In this document: piece after piece, positions 51,243 to 60,582 of the stretch
Layout: every line of letters begins with the position of its first letter
Position numbering within the stretch: the first letter of the stretch is position 1
DNA from: a virus
DNA: 64,000 nt
Strand: one strand, 5' to 3'
Virus record (IMG/VR): IMGVR_UViG_3300029258_001212
Location: 1 to 64,000 of that record
The notes under the pieces: model-generated
Seen by the model: the letters and a program-made list of their open reading frames with translations, nothing else
Database searches by the model: none
Told to the model about the DNA's origin: nothing
Position numbers and translations under genes: made by a program

Positions 51243-51253
51243 AGGAGACCCAC

Positions 51254-51568
51254 ATGGCGAAAAAGATCACCGAGGACTTCCAGGAGCTCCAGGAGATGGT
51301 GCTCGGGACCACGCAGCCCCAGCAAAGGGTCTACGGGGTGCAACCCTACGAGCATCCGACCTACAAGGGCATGAAGTGGAGCTGGGGCCACCTCGGGTTC
51401 CTGGATGGGCACGAATACTACCTCCGGAACGGCGCCCTGTATCGCGCCCCGGTGTACTCCGCTTTCGACTTCGAGACGGGGTGCCGGTGGGGCGAGCTGG
51501 TGGCCAAGGGCAAGGGCGTGAAGCCCTACATCGCGTCCCTGTGGGATCGCGGGATGGTGGAGGCGTAG
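51254..51568 (+). CDS. Possible cargo protein
   Basis: MAKKITEDFQELQE|M leader. Confidence 0.55.
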   Translation: MAKKITEDFQELQEMVLGTTQPQQRVYGVQPYEHPTYKGMKWSWGHLGFLDGHEYYLRNGALYRAPVYSAFDFETGCRWGELVAKGKGVKPYIASLWDRGMVEA

Positions 51569-51569
51569 C

Positions 51570-51977
51570 ATGTTCGCAATCACCCAGGTCATGGACGTTG
51601 GCGACAACTTCGATGGGGCCCTCCCGGGCACTGATCCGGTCACCACAAACGGTGTGAAGGTGTACCCCAAGGACGACGTGGACAGCCATGGTGGTCTGTT
51701 CGAATTCACCGGCTCGGAGAACCGGGCTGTGGACGTGCGGGGGTTCCAGTTCAAGGGCGCCGGGCAGTCCACCTGGACTCTCAACATCGTGGACCCGGTG
51801 GCCGGGGACATGGCGTGGCTCACGGGCACCTCGAGCGTGGTGTACGTGCTCCTTGCTGCGGATCGGATCACCCTCCTGCCCGGCCAGAAGCTCAAGCTGG
51901 TGACCACGGGCACGCCCAGCACCACCGAGCTCCGGGCCACCGTGATGTTCGCCCCGGCGGCCCTCGGGGAGACCTGA
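51570..51977 (+). CDS. Putative beta-rich virion structural protein
   Basis: Composition and position. Confidence 0.5.
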   Translation: MFAITQVMDVGDNFDGALPGTDPVTTNGVKVYPKDDVDSHGGLFEFTGSENRAVDVRGFQFKGAGQSTWTLNIVDPVAGDMAWLTGTSSVVYVLLAADRITLLPGQKLKLVTTGTPSTTELRATVMFAPAALGET

Positions 51978-52897
51978 TGCAGCTCCGCGAGCGTCTACAC
52001 GCGGCCGGCGCCTTGGTGACCGAAGCCAAGGCGCGGTTCATCGGCGGGAAGTACAGGGCCACGCTCAGGAAAGACCAGTACGATCCGGCAGACTACCGCT
52101 ACAGCCCTCCCCCGGAGGACATTGACTCGCTTCTCAAGCGGGCCGAAAGGCACCTCACCAGGTGGGGCTCCTGGGGAGATCTCAAGTACGGCTACGATGG
52201 GCCGATCCAGGACGATGGAAAGGCGTGGGAGACCCACGGCAAGGCCGAGCGCATGATCGACTCTTGGGCCCGGGCGGCGAAGTACCGGCGCGAGAGCTCA
52301 CCGAACGGTGTCGTGTGGGTGCGGGGTGCCACGGATCCCGTGATTCGGCTCACCAGGGAGCACTCGGACGAGACCGCGTGGCGCGACGATGAGCGCGCCT
52401 ACCGGATGTACCTGCGTGACGGTGGAGAGCCCGGCTACTACGCGCGGATGACTCTCCTCATGTACGATAGCCCCGAGGGGTCTCGCCTCCTAAGCCACAT
52501 CAGTGACCGACAGGACAAGACGGTCATGGACTGGGAAACGGACGCCAGCAAGCTCCGCGACTGGTTCAAGAAGCTCAGGATGCGTCACCAGAAGCGCGTG
52601 TCTATTTCGGGCATCCGGGACAAGGCCCATCGGTTCAACGCTGACATGGATACGGCGCAGCTCCAGAAGCTCCTGGGAGTGGTAACGCGGTTCGCCAGGC
52701 GCTACCCCCAGCTTCAGGACGCCACCGAGCAACAGCCAGGTGAGCGCGAATTCGTCAAGGCCGTGTTCAGGCGGTGGGAGATGCCAGACCGTTCGGCTGG
52801 CATCGTGGTGCGCGCGGACGAGTACAACCCCAAGAACAAGCAACGGCGGCGCAAGGATCACAACGTGACCATTCTCCTGTGGCCGTCTCTGGGATGA
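51977..52897 (+). CDS. Putative cargo protein
   Basis: MQLRERLHAAGALVTE|AKA leader. Confidence 0.65.
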   Translation: MQLRERLHAAGALVTEAKARFIGGKYRATLRKDQYDPADYRYSPPPEDIDSLLKRAERHLTRWGSWGDLKYGYDGPIQDDGKAWETHGKAERMIDSWARAAKYRRESSPNGVVWVRGATDPVIRLTREHSDETAWRDDERAYRMYLRDGGEPGYYARMTLLMYDSPEGSRLLSHISDRQDKTVMDWETDASKLRDWFKKLRMRHQKRVSISGIRDKAHRFNADMDTAQLQKLLGVVTRFARRYPQLQDATEQQPGEREFVKAVFRRWEMPDRSAGIVVRADEYNPKNKQRRRKDHNVTILLWPSLG

Positions 52898-52902
52898 GGA
52901 CC

Positions 52903-53358
52903 ATGAACGACACCATTGACAGAATTCGCCAAGTGGGAGCTCTCACCGAGGAGGCCGAGAACCTGTTTGAGGGGCGCCCGAAGCCCGGCCCGATGTGCCG
53001 GAAGATCGTCAAGGGTCTCCTGGCGGCCGGCTTCACCAAGTCCAAGTCCCGGATGGGGATGGGCGCCACCGGCGCCACCTACACCAACCCCCAGGGGGAC
53101 ATTTTCTCCAAGGATGTGCAGGTGCCACAGGATCCGGTTTCGGTGCTCGGCGGCTCGCGTCCACAGGCGGACCCGAAGCGCGTCCAGGCGGCCGAGAAAA
53201 CCGTCCGGAAGATCGCCGGCCAGGTGGGCGTCACCGAGAAACAGAACATCGGCAACCGGGTGGCCCTGAGCGAGCCAGGCGGCCACCCCAAGGTCTGGTA
53301 TCACACCACGCCGGGCGGCACGTTCTACGTGGACGTGGACTACACCACCGACTACTAG
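52903..53358 (+). CDS. Putative cargo protein
   Basis: MNDTIDRIRQVGALTEEAENLFE|G leader. Confidence 0.65.
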   Translation: MNDTIDRIRQVGALTEEAENLFEGRPKPGPMCRKIVKGLLAAGFTKSKSRMGMGATGATYTNPQGDIFSKDVQVPQDPVSVLGGSRPQADPKRVQAAEKTVRKIAGQVGVTEKQNIGNRVALSEPGGHPKVWYHTTPGGTFYVDVDYTTDY

Positions 53359-53360
53359 AC

Positions 53361-53428
53361 TTGGCACGGGTGTTGCTTCTGCTTAATTAACCTTATCTCT
53401 CCCTTTGGAGAGTAAGAGTCAAGAGGGT
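53361..53428 (+). repeat. Conserved ~70 bp element copy 5
   Basis: TTGGCACGGGTGTTGCTTCTGCTTAATTAACCTTATCTCTCCCTTTGGAGAGTAAGAGTCAAGAGGGT. Confidence 0.9.
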
Positions 53429-53442
53429 CTCCGGAGGACAGA

Positions 53443-54147
53443 ATGGAAATCAAGGACCGATTGCAGAGCGCAGTGGACCAGGTGAACGAGGCGGAGCACT
53501 TCGGGGAGATGGCCCAGTCAACGCGGGAGGCGCTTCCGGACAAGGACTTCGCCATCCCCGGTGAGCGGCTGTTCCCGATTCAAAGCGCGAAGCAGGCGAT
53601 GACCGCGCTGACCTACGCCACGTGGCCCGACAACAAGAAACACAAGGACCAGGTGTTCAAGGCCGTCAAGAAGCGGTGGCCCAAGGTCTGGGAGCGGTTC
53701 CGTGGCAAGGGGAAGCGCAAGGGGAAGCGGCGCGGGCGCACCGAGTCCATCGGCACCCTCGGGGATCGCGCGGACGTGCGCGAGCGACTGGGTGCGATGC
53801 GTGGTCTCCTGGCGGATGGCCAGCGCCTCGGTGGCGGGAAACCACAGGGCGTGCCTGGTGCCCCGGAGGATCCCAACAGCATCGCGGCCATGTTCGCCCA
53901 TGAGAGCGAGGATCTCACCGAGGCACGCAGGAAAGGAGACCCACGCCGTGCCCTCAAGGTGTGGAATGACTTTCTATCCAAGATCGCCATGAGCGACGAC
54001 TTCCCCAGGGAGAGGCGGAAGCACCTCAACCCGGCCCAGCAAGCCACGGTGGATCAATTCCATGGCTCTCTCCGCCAGGCCCATGCTGCACTGAACAACT
54101 GGGTACACCAGGTGTCCACTGGCTCCTGGGAGCGAGGCGACCGATGA
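53443..54147 (+). CDS. Putative cargo polyprotein with LPDxDFAxP..R.FPI module (DUF6582-like)
   Basis: REALPDKDFAIPGERLFPI; ESEDLTE|ARR. Confidence 0.6.
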   Translation: MEIKDRLQSAVDQVNEAEHFGEMAQSTREALPDKDFAIPGERLFPIQSAKQAMTALTYATWPDNKKHKDQVFKAVKKRWPKVWERFRGKGKRKGKRRGRTESIGTLGDRADVRERLGAMRGLLADGQRLGGGKPQGVPGAPEDPNSIAAMFAHESEDLTEARRKGDPRRALKVWNDFLSKIAMSDDFPRERRKHLNPAQQATVDQFHGSLRQAHAALNNWVHQVSTGSWERGDR

Positions 54148-54560
54148 GCATCCGCGAGCTCTATGAGGACTTGTCCCACCAGCTCGAGGACGAGGGGGAG
54201 TGGGAGCTCTGGACGCACCCGGAGCCGGAGATCACCGGGGAGCCGTCCTGGGTGTTCGATGGTGGCAAGCGCCTGGTGCCCATCCGCGAGAAGAAAGACG
54301 CGGAGGGTAAACTGGACAGCAAGAACCCCCGTGGGATCCGCCGGTGCGTGGTGGACGTGTACCAGAAAGGCGAAAAGGGCAAGGAGGGCCTATCCCGAGC
54401 GTTCGCCATCTGCACGGCGGCCATGCAAAAGGCTGGACAGGTACGCAAGGGCTCCCGCAAGCTGACAAGGAAGGGAACCGGCCGCGCTACCTACTTCGCT
54501 CGCCAGGGTGACGCGGCTGACAAGGATGCGGAGTACGAGAAGATCGTGAAAGGTGTGTAG
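54144..54560 (+). CDS. Possible cargo protein (RCV...AFAICTA motif)
   Basis: Acidic leader then basic domain. Confidence 0.55.
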   Translation: MSIRELYEDLSHQLEDEGEWELWTHPEPEITGEPSWVFDGGKRLVPIREKKDAEGKLDSKNPRGIRRCVVDVYQKGEKGKEGLSRAFAICTAAMQKAGQVRKGSRKLTRKGTGRATYFARQGDAADKDAEYEKIVKGV

Positions 54561-54563
54561 CCC

Positions 54564-55151
54564 ATGAGCGGCAAAAAAGGCCCCCACCACGCTACGGCCA
54601 AGACGGCCAAGCTCCCCAAGATGAGTCACAGGTATCTCACCTGGGGGGCCGTGAAGGGGGTCAAGCCGTCGAAAAAGGTGTCCGCTGCTACCAAGCTCGG
54701 GCACAGAAAGCGCGCCCTGGGAACAGCGGTGCAGAGAATCCGCGGTGAGTCCGCGGCGGAGGAAAGAACCATGTCCGATGCCCAGAAGTCCGTGATGAAG
54801 GGTGATTTGAAGGATCGTCTGAGCAACGTCCTGTCCCTGGTGAGTGAAGCCGGCGCGGCCGGAAAGAAGTGCTCCAAGGACAAGCCGGGGAGCAACGGCA
54901 GCTCCAAGCCGAAGAACGTGCCGGAGGCGGACAGCCTGGGCCTCGAGCTCGAGGACGATGGCAACGTGGCCCTCAACACCGAGCACTGGAAGCGCCTGGT
55001 GGGCGCGGCCGTGGGCGCGGTGAACGCGGAGCTCGCCACCATGGGTCTCCTCGAGGCCGGCGGCCAGGTGGATCTGTCCAGTGAGACGGCGGAGACGATG
55101 CTCGAGGCCGTGCGCCAGGTGGTGGACGACTCCGGGGTGCTCGAGGAGTAG
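54564..55151 (+). CDS. Hypothetical protein with LVSE|A, LLE|A sites
   Basis: Basic N-terminus, acidic C-terminus. Confidence 0.55.
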   Translation: MSGKKGPHHATAKTAKLPKMSHRYLTWGAVKGVKPSKKVSAATKLGHRKRALGTAVQRIRGESAAEERTMSDAQKSVMKGDLKDRLSNVLSLVSEAGAAGKKCSKDKPGSNGSSKPKNVPEADSLGLELEDDGNVALNTEHWKRLVGAAVGAVNAELATMGLLEAGGQVDLSSETAETMLEAVRQVVDDSGVLEE

Positions 55152-55152
55152 G

Positions 55153-56055
55153 ATGCTGGTTCCCCTTTCCAGGCCCAACCCCATCGCCTCGCGTGCGCGA
55201 GCGATGCGTGCCATGGCGGAGAGCTCTGCCCCGGTGCCAGTGGCCACCTACGGCCAGGAGGTGCTGGACGAGCGGCTCGGTGATGTGTTGCGGGGGGCCC
55301 GGAAGGTGGCCAGGTCGGCTATCCAGCGCGCCAGGGATCTCAAGTCCAAGGCGGCCCAGCGGCTCAAGGACCTGTTCAAGAAGCGCAAGGAAACCAAGAA
55401 GCCCACCACGAAGCCGGCGGCGGCTCGGCCACAGCCACCGAGCACCAGGGTGGGCATTCCCAAGAAGCAGCCCAAGGACGAGCCTGGTGGCCGGGTGAAG
55501 ATCCCGACCCAGCGCCATGCAGGTGGAGCTCCTCCGAAGCCAGGCAAGGAAGGCCCGCGATTCGATTCGAAGGGCATCCCGATTCCCGGCCCACCTGGTC
55601 CCGAGTACCCGGAGCCGTGGCCGGCGAACCTGGACACCACCTCGCGGAGCGCGGGGGGCAAGCCGGTCAAGCCGAAAAAGGGCCAGCCCCCAGAGGCGGT
55701 GCTCCGCCGCAAGGGGCCGAAGGGCAAGCCAGGGAAGTACAAGGCGGCCGTATCGCACGCCAATATGTATAAGCACATGGTTCGGGCGATCTACGTGCGT
55801 GGAAAGCGCACCGGGTACAAGTTCCACCACAGCCCGGCGAAGAGTTCTCAGATGATCGCCAGGCGCAAGATGGTCCAGTGGCAGTACGCCAAACGGCGGA
55901 AGTCCAAAGGTGGCGTTCCGGACCGGCGGATGATTGAGCTCACGGGGAAGGGACGCACCCGTGACTGGCAGCGGCACACCCAGGGCGAGCCCTACGCGGT
56001 GCGGGTGGCCAAGGATCGTGACTACTACGCGATCACGGGCCGAGACCCGTACTAG
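55153..56055 (+). CDS. Very basic Pro/Lys-rich protein, possible cargo
   Basis: EVLDE|R followed by a K/R/P-rich body. Confidence 0.55.
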   Translation: MLVPLSRPNPIASRARAMRAMAESSAPVPVATYGQEVLDERLGDVLRGARKVARSAIQRARDLKSKAAQRLKDLFKKRKETKKPTTKPAAARPQPPSTRVGIPKKQPKDEPGGRVKIPTQRHAGGAPPKPGKEGPRFDSKGIPIPGPPGPEYPEPWPANLDTTSRSAGGKPVKPKKGQPPEAVLRRKGPKGKPGKYKAAVSHANMYKHMVRAIYVRGKRTGYKFHHSPAKSSQMIARRKMVQWQYAKRRKSKGGVPDRRMIELTGKGRTRDWQRHTQGEPYAVRVAKDRDYYAITGRDPY

Positions 56056-56061
56056 GAGACT

Positions 56062-56652
56062 GTGATGGCAAAGCGGAGCGACACCGAGCACCTGATGAAC
56101 GAGCTGGCGCACCTGAGCGGCCTTACGCGCGAGGTGATCGGGGAAGAGGTGGACTGGTTTGGGGCCGAGCTCGCTAGTATCACCGGAGACGCGCCACAGC
56201 TCCAGGAGGGATCCAAGGCCAAGCTGGCGGCCCAGCGCGAGACGATCAAGGGAGAGCTCGAGACCCTGGCCAAGCGGATGGGCGGCGTGCTGGAGATGGT
56301 GGACAACGGCAAGGCGGACCAGGCGGCGGTGAGCCTCGAGAAGATTCTGGCCGATGGAGCCAAGATCCTCGAGCGGCTCCCCAAGGCCAAGGCCCCTGAG
56401 AAGCCGAAGCCGAAGCCACAGGCCCAGGTGACGCAGCCTGGCCAGGACCAGGGCGGAGAACCGAAGGGACCCGGGGCACCACAGCCAGATGAGCGCAAGG
56501 AAGTCGGAGCACCTTCGGCCAAGGCGAACGAGGCCCTTTTCGTGGACGGCTACCTGGTCACCGAGGAGGAGCAGCGTGACCCGTTCGGGTTCGGCCAGGG
56601 CCTCATCGACTCGGTGAAGGGTGCCCTGGGGCTCGGGAAGCGGGGGCGGTAG
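56062..56652 (+). CDS. Possible cargo/core protein
   Basis: LMNELAHLSGL...LQE|G; LVTE|E. Confidence 0.55.
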   Translation: MMAKRSDTEHLMNELAHLSGLTREVIGEEVDWFGAELASITGDAPQLQEGSKAKLAAQRETIKGELETLAKRMGGVLEMVDNGKADQAAVSLEKILADGAKILERLPKAKAPEKPKPKPQAQVTQPGQDQGGEPKGPGAPQPDERKEVGAPSAKANEALFVDGYLVTEEEQRDPFGFGQGLIDSVKGALGLGKRGR

Positions 56653-56655
56653 TTC

Positions 56656-57165
56656 ATGGGCCGGCTGATTCACACCAAGGACAAGCTGTTCATGCAGTGT
56701 ATCGCCCAGGAGGTGAATGACTTGGCCGGGATGATCGCCTACTACTTCCGCTTGGACAAGGCCAACAGCGACACCAGGAGCGGAACGTCGGCCCTGTACG
56801 ATGAGCCGGCGGCGCTGGTCTGGAAGGATCTGCCCAGTGGGCTCCGGATGCCATGCTTTGGCGTGAACCCACAGAGCTCTCTGACCACTGGTGAGGAGGG
56901 GCGCCGGAAGCAGTGGGACGGCGAGATCAACATCGCGGTGCGCGACTGGGAGGAGCAGACCCAGGGCACCGAGCGCCCGCGCGAGGGCGATGTGGTGTTC
57001 GCCTGGGATCAATACTACGATGTGACGAAGGTGAGCCGGGATGGGATCATTGACGACTCCCGGTTGGATCATACCGGATGGACCTTGACCCTCCGGCGGA
57101 ACACGAAATTCGAGGCGTGGCGGCGTGGAATCGTGGCGTCTCATGGCGGACCTGATACGGACTAG
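56656..57165 (+). CDS. Head completion/neck protein (T4 gp14-like)
   Basis: EVNDLAG...YY...ALYDE...PREGDVV motif order and position. Confidence 0.55.
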   Translation: MGRLIHTKDKLFMQCIAQEVNDLAGMIAYYFRLDKANSDTRSGTSALYDEPAALVWKDLPSGLRMPCFGVNPQSSLTTGEEGRRKQWDGEINIAVRDWEEQTQGTERPREGDVVFAWDQYYDVTKVSRDGIIDDSRLDHTGWTLTLRRNTKFEAWRRGIVASHGGPDTD

Positions 57166-57600
57166 ATGATGCGAACCGTCCATGATGAAAACGAGCCCAT
57201 GGCCGAGCCGGTGGAAGCTGACGGCCGGAAGATTTCGAGGGGCATCCTCGAGCTATTCGGAGAGCCGTCGCCGGAGGCGGTTGCCGAGCTCCGCCAGGTG
57301 GCGGAGGCGGTGGACCGCGCCCACATGAAGGAGCTCAAGCCAGATCTCAAGTTCTTCCCCAACCTCATGGACTGGCTGGTGATGCTGTTCATGGTGGGGA
57401 TTCGGCACGCGCTTCCGGATGCTACCGAGGAGAGCGCCAAGGACCTAGCGATGGTGCTGGCGCGCCAGTTCGCCGTGCCAGGCAACAAACACCTCTGGGT
57501 GACCACCGACTGGTTCCTCCGGCGCCATGGGATGAAGATGGCGATCAATCGGATCCAGCTCGAGCTACGAAGGGGGCTGATGCGTGAAAAGCTCAAGTAG
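57166..57600 (+). CDS. Hypothetical protein
   Basis: ORF in operon. Confidence 0.6.
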   Translation: MMRTVHDENEPMAEPVEADGRKISRGILELFGEPSPEAVAELRQVAEAVDRAHMKELKPDLKFFPNLMDWLVMLFMVGIRHALPDATEESAKDLAMVLARQFAVPGNKHLWVTTDWFLRRHGMKMAINRIQLELRRGLMREKLK

Positions 57601-58027
57601 ACCAGACGGCGCGTTCACCATCGGCCCCGAAGACGTGGCGGCGGCCATGAAGGCTGGATTCAGCTTCGTGTGCGCCATGTGCGTGAAGCTCCACGCTGGC
57701 AAGGAGGCCAGGGGCACCACGGACTGGCGCCTGGTTGAGTGCCTTGGCGAGGACTGCGGCGGACCCATGGGCGGGCGCGGTTACCCGGAGTACCGTGGCC
57801 CCCTGGGTTCCGTGAACCTCCCCCAGTATTGCTGGCGGTGTGGCCGTGATGCAGACGCGGCTGTGGAGTCAATCAAGGACAAGCGCATGGTGGGGAGCTG
57901 CGAGAAGCACCTCGAGCTCCTCAAGCCGGATTTGTACGAGCGGCGCCCGGCCGGGACACCACGGAAGCCGGCTCCACGCAACCCCATCGCGGAGCTGATC
58001 AACGGCCCAAGGGGAGACCAGGCATGA
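57584..58027 (+). CDS. Cys-rich hypothetical protein
   Basis: CAMC, CWRC...CEKH. Confidence 0.6.
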   Translation: MKSSSRPDGAFTIGPEDVAAAMKAGFSFVCAMCVKLHAGKEARGTTDWRLVECLGEDCGGPMGGRGYPEYRGPLGSVNLPQYCWRCGRDADAAVESIKDKRMVGSCEKHLELLKPDLYERRPAGTPRKPAPRNPIAELINGPRGDQA

Positions 58028-58614
58028 GCTACCTCAAGGAGAACCTCGCCCAACTCGAGGAGGCCGTGGCCGGTTTGGACGAGGGGGCGAAGTTCAAGAA
58101 CGTCACGTTCAAGGGCACCGATTTGAAGGTCAAGGGCGGCAAGCGCCCGGAGGTGAAGCTCCGAAGCGCGGCCAGGCGCGGGAAGGTGAAGCCGTCCACC
58201 ATCGAAAAGCATCTGGGCGACAAGGGCCAATGGGTCACGATCAACGGCGTCCACGTGCTGATCAACAAGGACACCGGTGAGCCCATCATCGGCCCGCGCG
58301 ATCTGACCAGCCAGCGCAAGGTCGGGCAGCGCAACCTGGACAAGGTGATGGGCGACAAGAAGCACGGTTTCGAGGTGCAGGAAAACGAGGGGAAGGGTCG
58401 AGACGAAAAAGGGCGCTTCACAATGAAGCACAAGCCCTCCGGCATGGATATTCCCCTGAGCGGCGTGGGACTCGGATCGGTTCTCCTGGGCCTCGCCATG
58501 TTCGTGGACGCAGCCAAGGCCATGGCCGTCAAGGCCGGGGCAGCCCTGGCAGACAAGCTCGAGGGCGCCATCCGCCAGGCGGACGAGGCCCTTGGGATGT
58601 GGACGATTGACTGA
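58024..58614 (+). CDS. Putative cargo protein with WVTING and RDEKGRF motifs
   Basis: MSYLKENLAQLEEAVAGLDE|G leader. Confidence 0.65.
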   Translation: MSYLKENLAQLEEAVAGLDEGAKFKNVTFKGTDLKVKGGKRPEVKLRSAARRGKVKPSTIEKHLGDKGQWVTINGVHVLINKDTGEPIIGPRDLTSQRKVGQRNLDKVMGDKKHGFEVQENEGKGRDEKGRFTMKHKPSGMDIPLSGVGLGSVLLGLAMFVDAAKAMAVKAGAALADKLEGAIRQADEALGMWTID

Positions 58615-59012
58615 TGGCCCTCTATCTACAGCGACAGTTTCGGCTCATCGTTTCGGCGGTGCAGAACATGGTCAACCCCCTGGTGGAACGCGGCGGCTCT
58701 GGTCTGGAGCTGATCAACAGCGTGGACGAACTCGCGGAGGCCAGTGGCAACAGCGTGCTGGTGCCAGCATCGCAGACAGACTACCAGCTCGCCATGCCAG
58801 CCAGCATCAGCACCGGGCGCCTCCTGTACCTCGAGACGGACCAGGACCTGGTGATCAAGCTCGGGGGCACCGAGGCGGATCGCGCCATCAGCTTGAAGGT
58901 GCCGAGCACCACGATCAAGGCGGTGCTCTACCTGGACGCGGAGGTGACCAGTATCTACGTCACCACTGGCGTTACGGCCACCAACGTCTACTACGCCGTG
59001 GTGGGGGACTAG
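58614..59012 (+). CDS. Putative beta-rich virion structural protein
   Basis: Composition and position. Confidence 0.5.
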   Translation: MALYLQRQFRLIVSAVQNMVNPLVERGGSGLELINSVDELAEASGNSVLVPASQTDYQLAMPASISTGRLLYLETDQDLVIKLGGTEADRAISLKVPSTTIKAVLYLDAEVTSIYVTTGVTATNVYYAVVGD

Positions 59013-59013
59013 C

Positions 59014-59820
59014 GTGAAGCTCGCGGTGAAGCCAGCGGGCCGGTGGAAGCGGCTCCGCAAGCTGACGGGCACCTGGGAGGAGCGCAACAAGCGCGTCCAG
59101 GAGGTGTTCCTCCGCACGTTCATGGACAAGTTCCGCGAGCTGGTGGTTTCACAGCTCCCCGAGGACAAGTGGGGTCGCGCTTACCGGGACGCAATCCAGG
59201 AGCGAGAGGTTGCCACCTCGCTGCGTCCAGGGCAGCACGCCTACGCCCTGATCGCCGTTCCGAAGGCTGTGAAGCTCGAGGACGAGCCGAACGAGACCAC
59301 GGCCGTCTACGTGGTCCAGGAGCGCGAGACCATCACGGTGCTGGGGACCCTCCTGGTACAGCACGGGCCGTGGACCATCGACCGGCTCCCGCGCGAGGCC
59401 AAGGGCGTGGAGGGGGTGAAGTACGTCCACCGGAAGGTCACCGAGGACGAGGTGGTGCGCCTCCGAAAGCGCAACGATGAGATCCTGGACGAGTACCGGG
59501 ACAACTTCAAGGTGGCCGGCGCGACCTACGATAAGGACCACCAAGACGACGTGGAGAAGCCGGCTTCGATTCCAGATCTACTTTTCACTGCACTGCGTCT
59601 CGAGTTCGGGATCAAGATGAAGCGCCTGGCACACTGGGGCTTCGCCTACCGACTCAAGGAGCAGACCATGAAGGGGATGGTGAGAGATCCGCAGTGGGAA
59701 AAGTACCTTGGGGATCCCAACTTCACCAAGTGGGTGAGCCCGTTGCCCAACCTGAAAAAGATCCCAGGGCAACAGGTGAAGGTGATGATCAAGGCATTTC
59801 AGGCTAAGATTGCACAATGA
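59014..59820 (+). CDS. Putative tail/neck assembly protein
   Basis: Position upstream of terminator-like and sheath genes. Confidence 0.45.
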   Translation: MKLAVKPAGRWKRLRKLTGTWEERNKRVQEVFLRTFMDKFRELVVSQLPEDKWGRAYRDAIQEREVATSLRPGQHAYALIAVPKAVKLEDEPNETTAVYVVQERETITVLGTLLVQHGPWTIDRLPREAKGVEGVKYVHRKVTEDEVVRLRKRNDEILDEYRDNFKVAGATYDKDHQDDVEKPASIPDLLFTALRLEFGIKMKRLAHWGFAYRLKEQTMKGMVRDPQWEKYLGDPNFTKWVSPLPNLKKIPGQQVKVMIKAFQAKIAQ

Positions 59821-60560
59821 GTCCGACCGTCACACCGTTTGTCCAAGCTGCGCCCACGGGGGACGTGTGGATCTCGGACTTCGATCTGGGCGTGGTGCGT
59901 CACCTGGGCGCGCAACAGATCGATGACGACTGGTGGGTAAACATCGACGGTGTGGATCCGCCCCCCTACCCTGGGTCCTACCGAGTGGCGGAGCTCCGTG
60001 GCCAGGCGATGCCTGGGATCCCAGTGATCTGGAACGCGCCAGACGACCGGTTCCAGAGCTTCGTTCTTCCCTGCATCGTGGTGCGCCGCGACAGTGTGGA
60101 TCCGGCCCCAGAGCGGTGGCCTAGCGTCCACCTGAAGTACAGGGCTGGCCAGGGTGAGCAGGTCACGTCCACATGGGGCAGGACCGAATTCACCGGCGGC
60201 TACGAGGAGTACGAGGAGCAGTACGGCAGTTTTCCGTATAATCTCATGTATATGTTCTCTGTGCTCACGGCCGGGGTGAAGGCGGAGTCCAATGCCCAGC
60301 GGATGCTGAAGCATGTGATGAAGCGTTACCCTCCCCAGGGGTTTACCCGGATCCCTGTCCTGGACAGCCTGGGGGATGAGCGCACCTACGATTGCACGGC
60401 AGAGGGGCCAACAGATCTGAAGGATGCGCTGGACATTGTGGATCGCCAAGGCGGATTCGCCTTGAACGTGACGGTGCAAGGTGAGATAGACTTGAACGAC
60501 CCGCTCCTGGTGAAGGCTGCGAGATCGCTTGCAATCGAAGATCATGTAGGTGTACCATAG
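59817..60560 (+). CDS. Putative tail terminator/completion protein
   Basis: LPCIVVRRDS...PER...PYNLMY pattern and position before sheath. Confidence 0.5.
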   Translation: MSPTVTPFVQAAPTGDVWISDFDLGVVRHLGAQQIDDDWWVNIDGVDPPPYPGSYRVAELRGQAMPGIPVIWNAPDDRFQSFVLPCIVVRRDSVDPAPERWPSVHLKYRAGQGEQVTSTWGRTEFTGGYEEYEEQYGSFPYNLMYMFSVLTAGVKAESNAQRMLKHVMKRYPPQGFTRIPVLDSLGDERTYDCTAEGPTDLKDALDIVDRQGGFALNVTVQGEIDLNDPLLVKAARSLAIEDHVGVP

Positions 60561-60582
60561 GGCGGATCCCGGAGCTGAATAG

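Noticed and set aside
1031-53428. Five-copy element as CRISPR repeat or MITE
   Set aside because: Copies are kilobases apart with no spacer array, no terminal inverted repeats, no target-site duplications and no cas or transposase gene in the window
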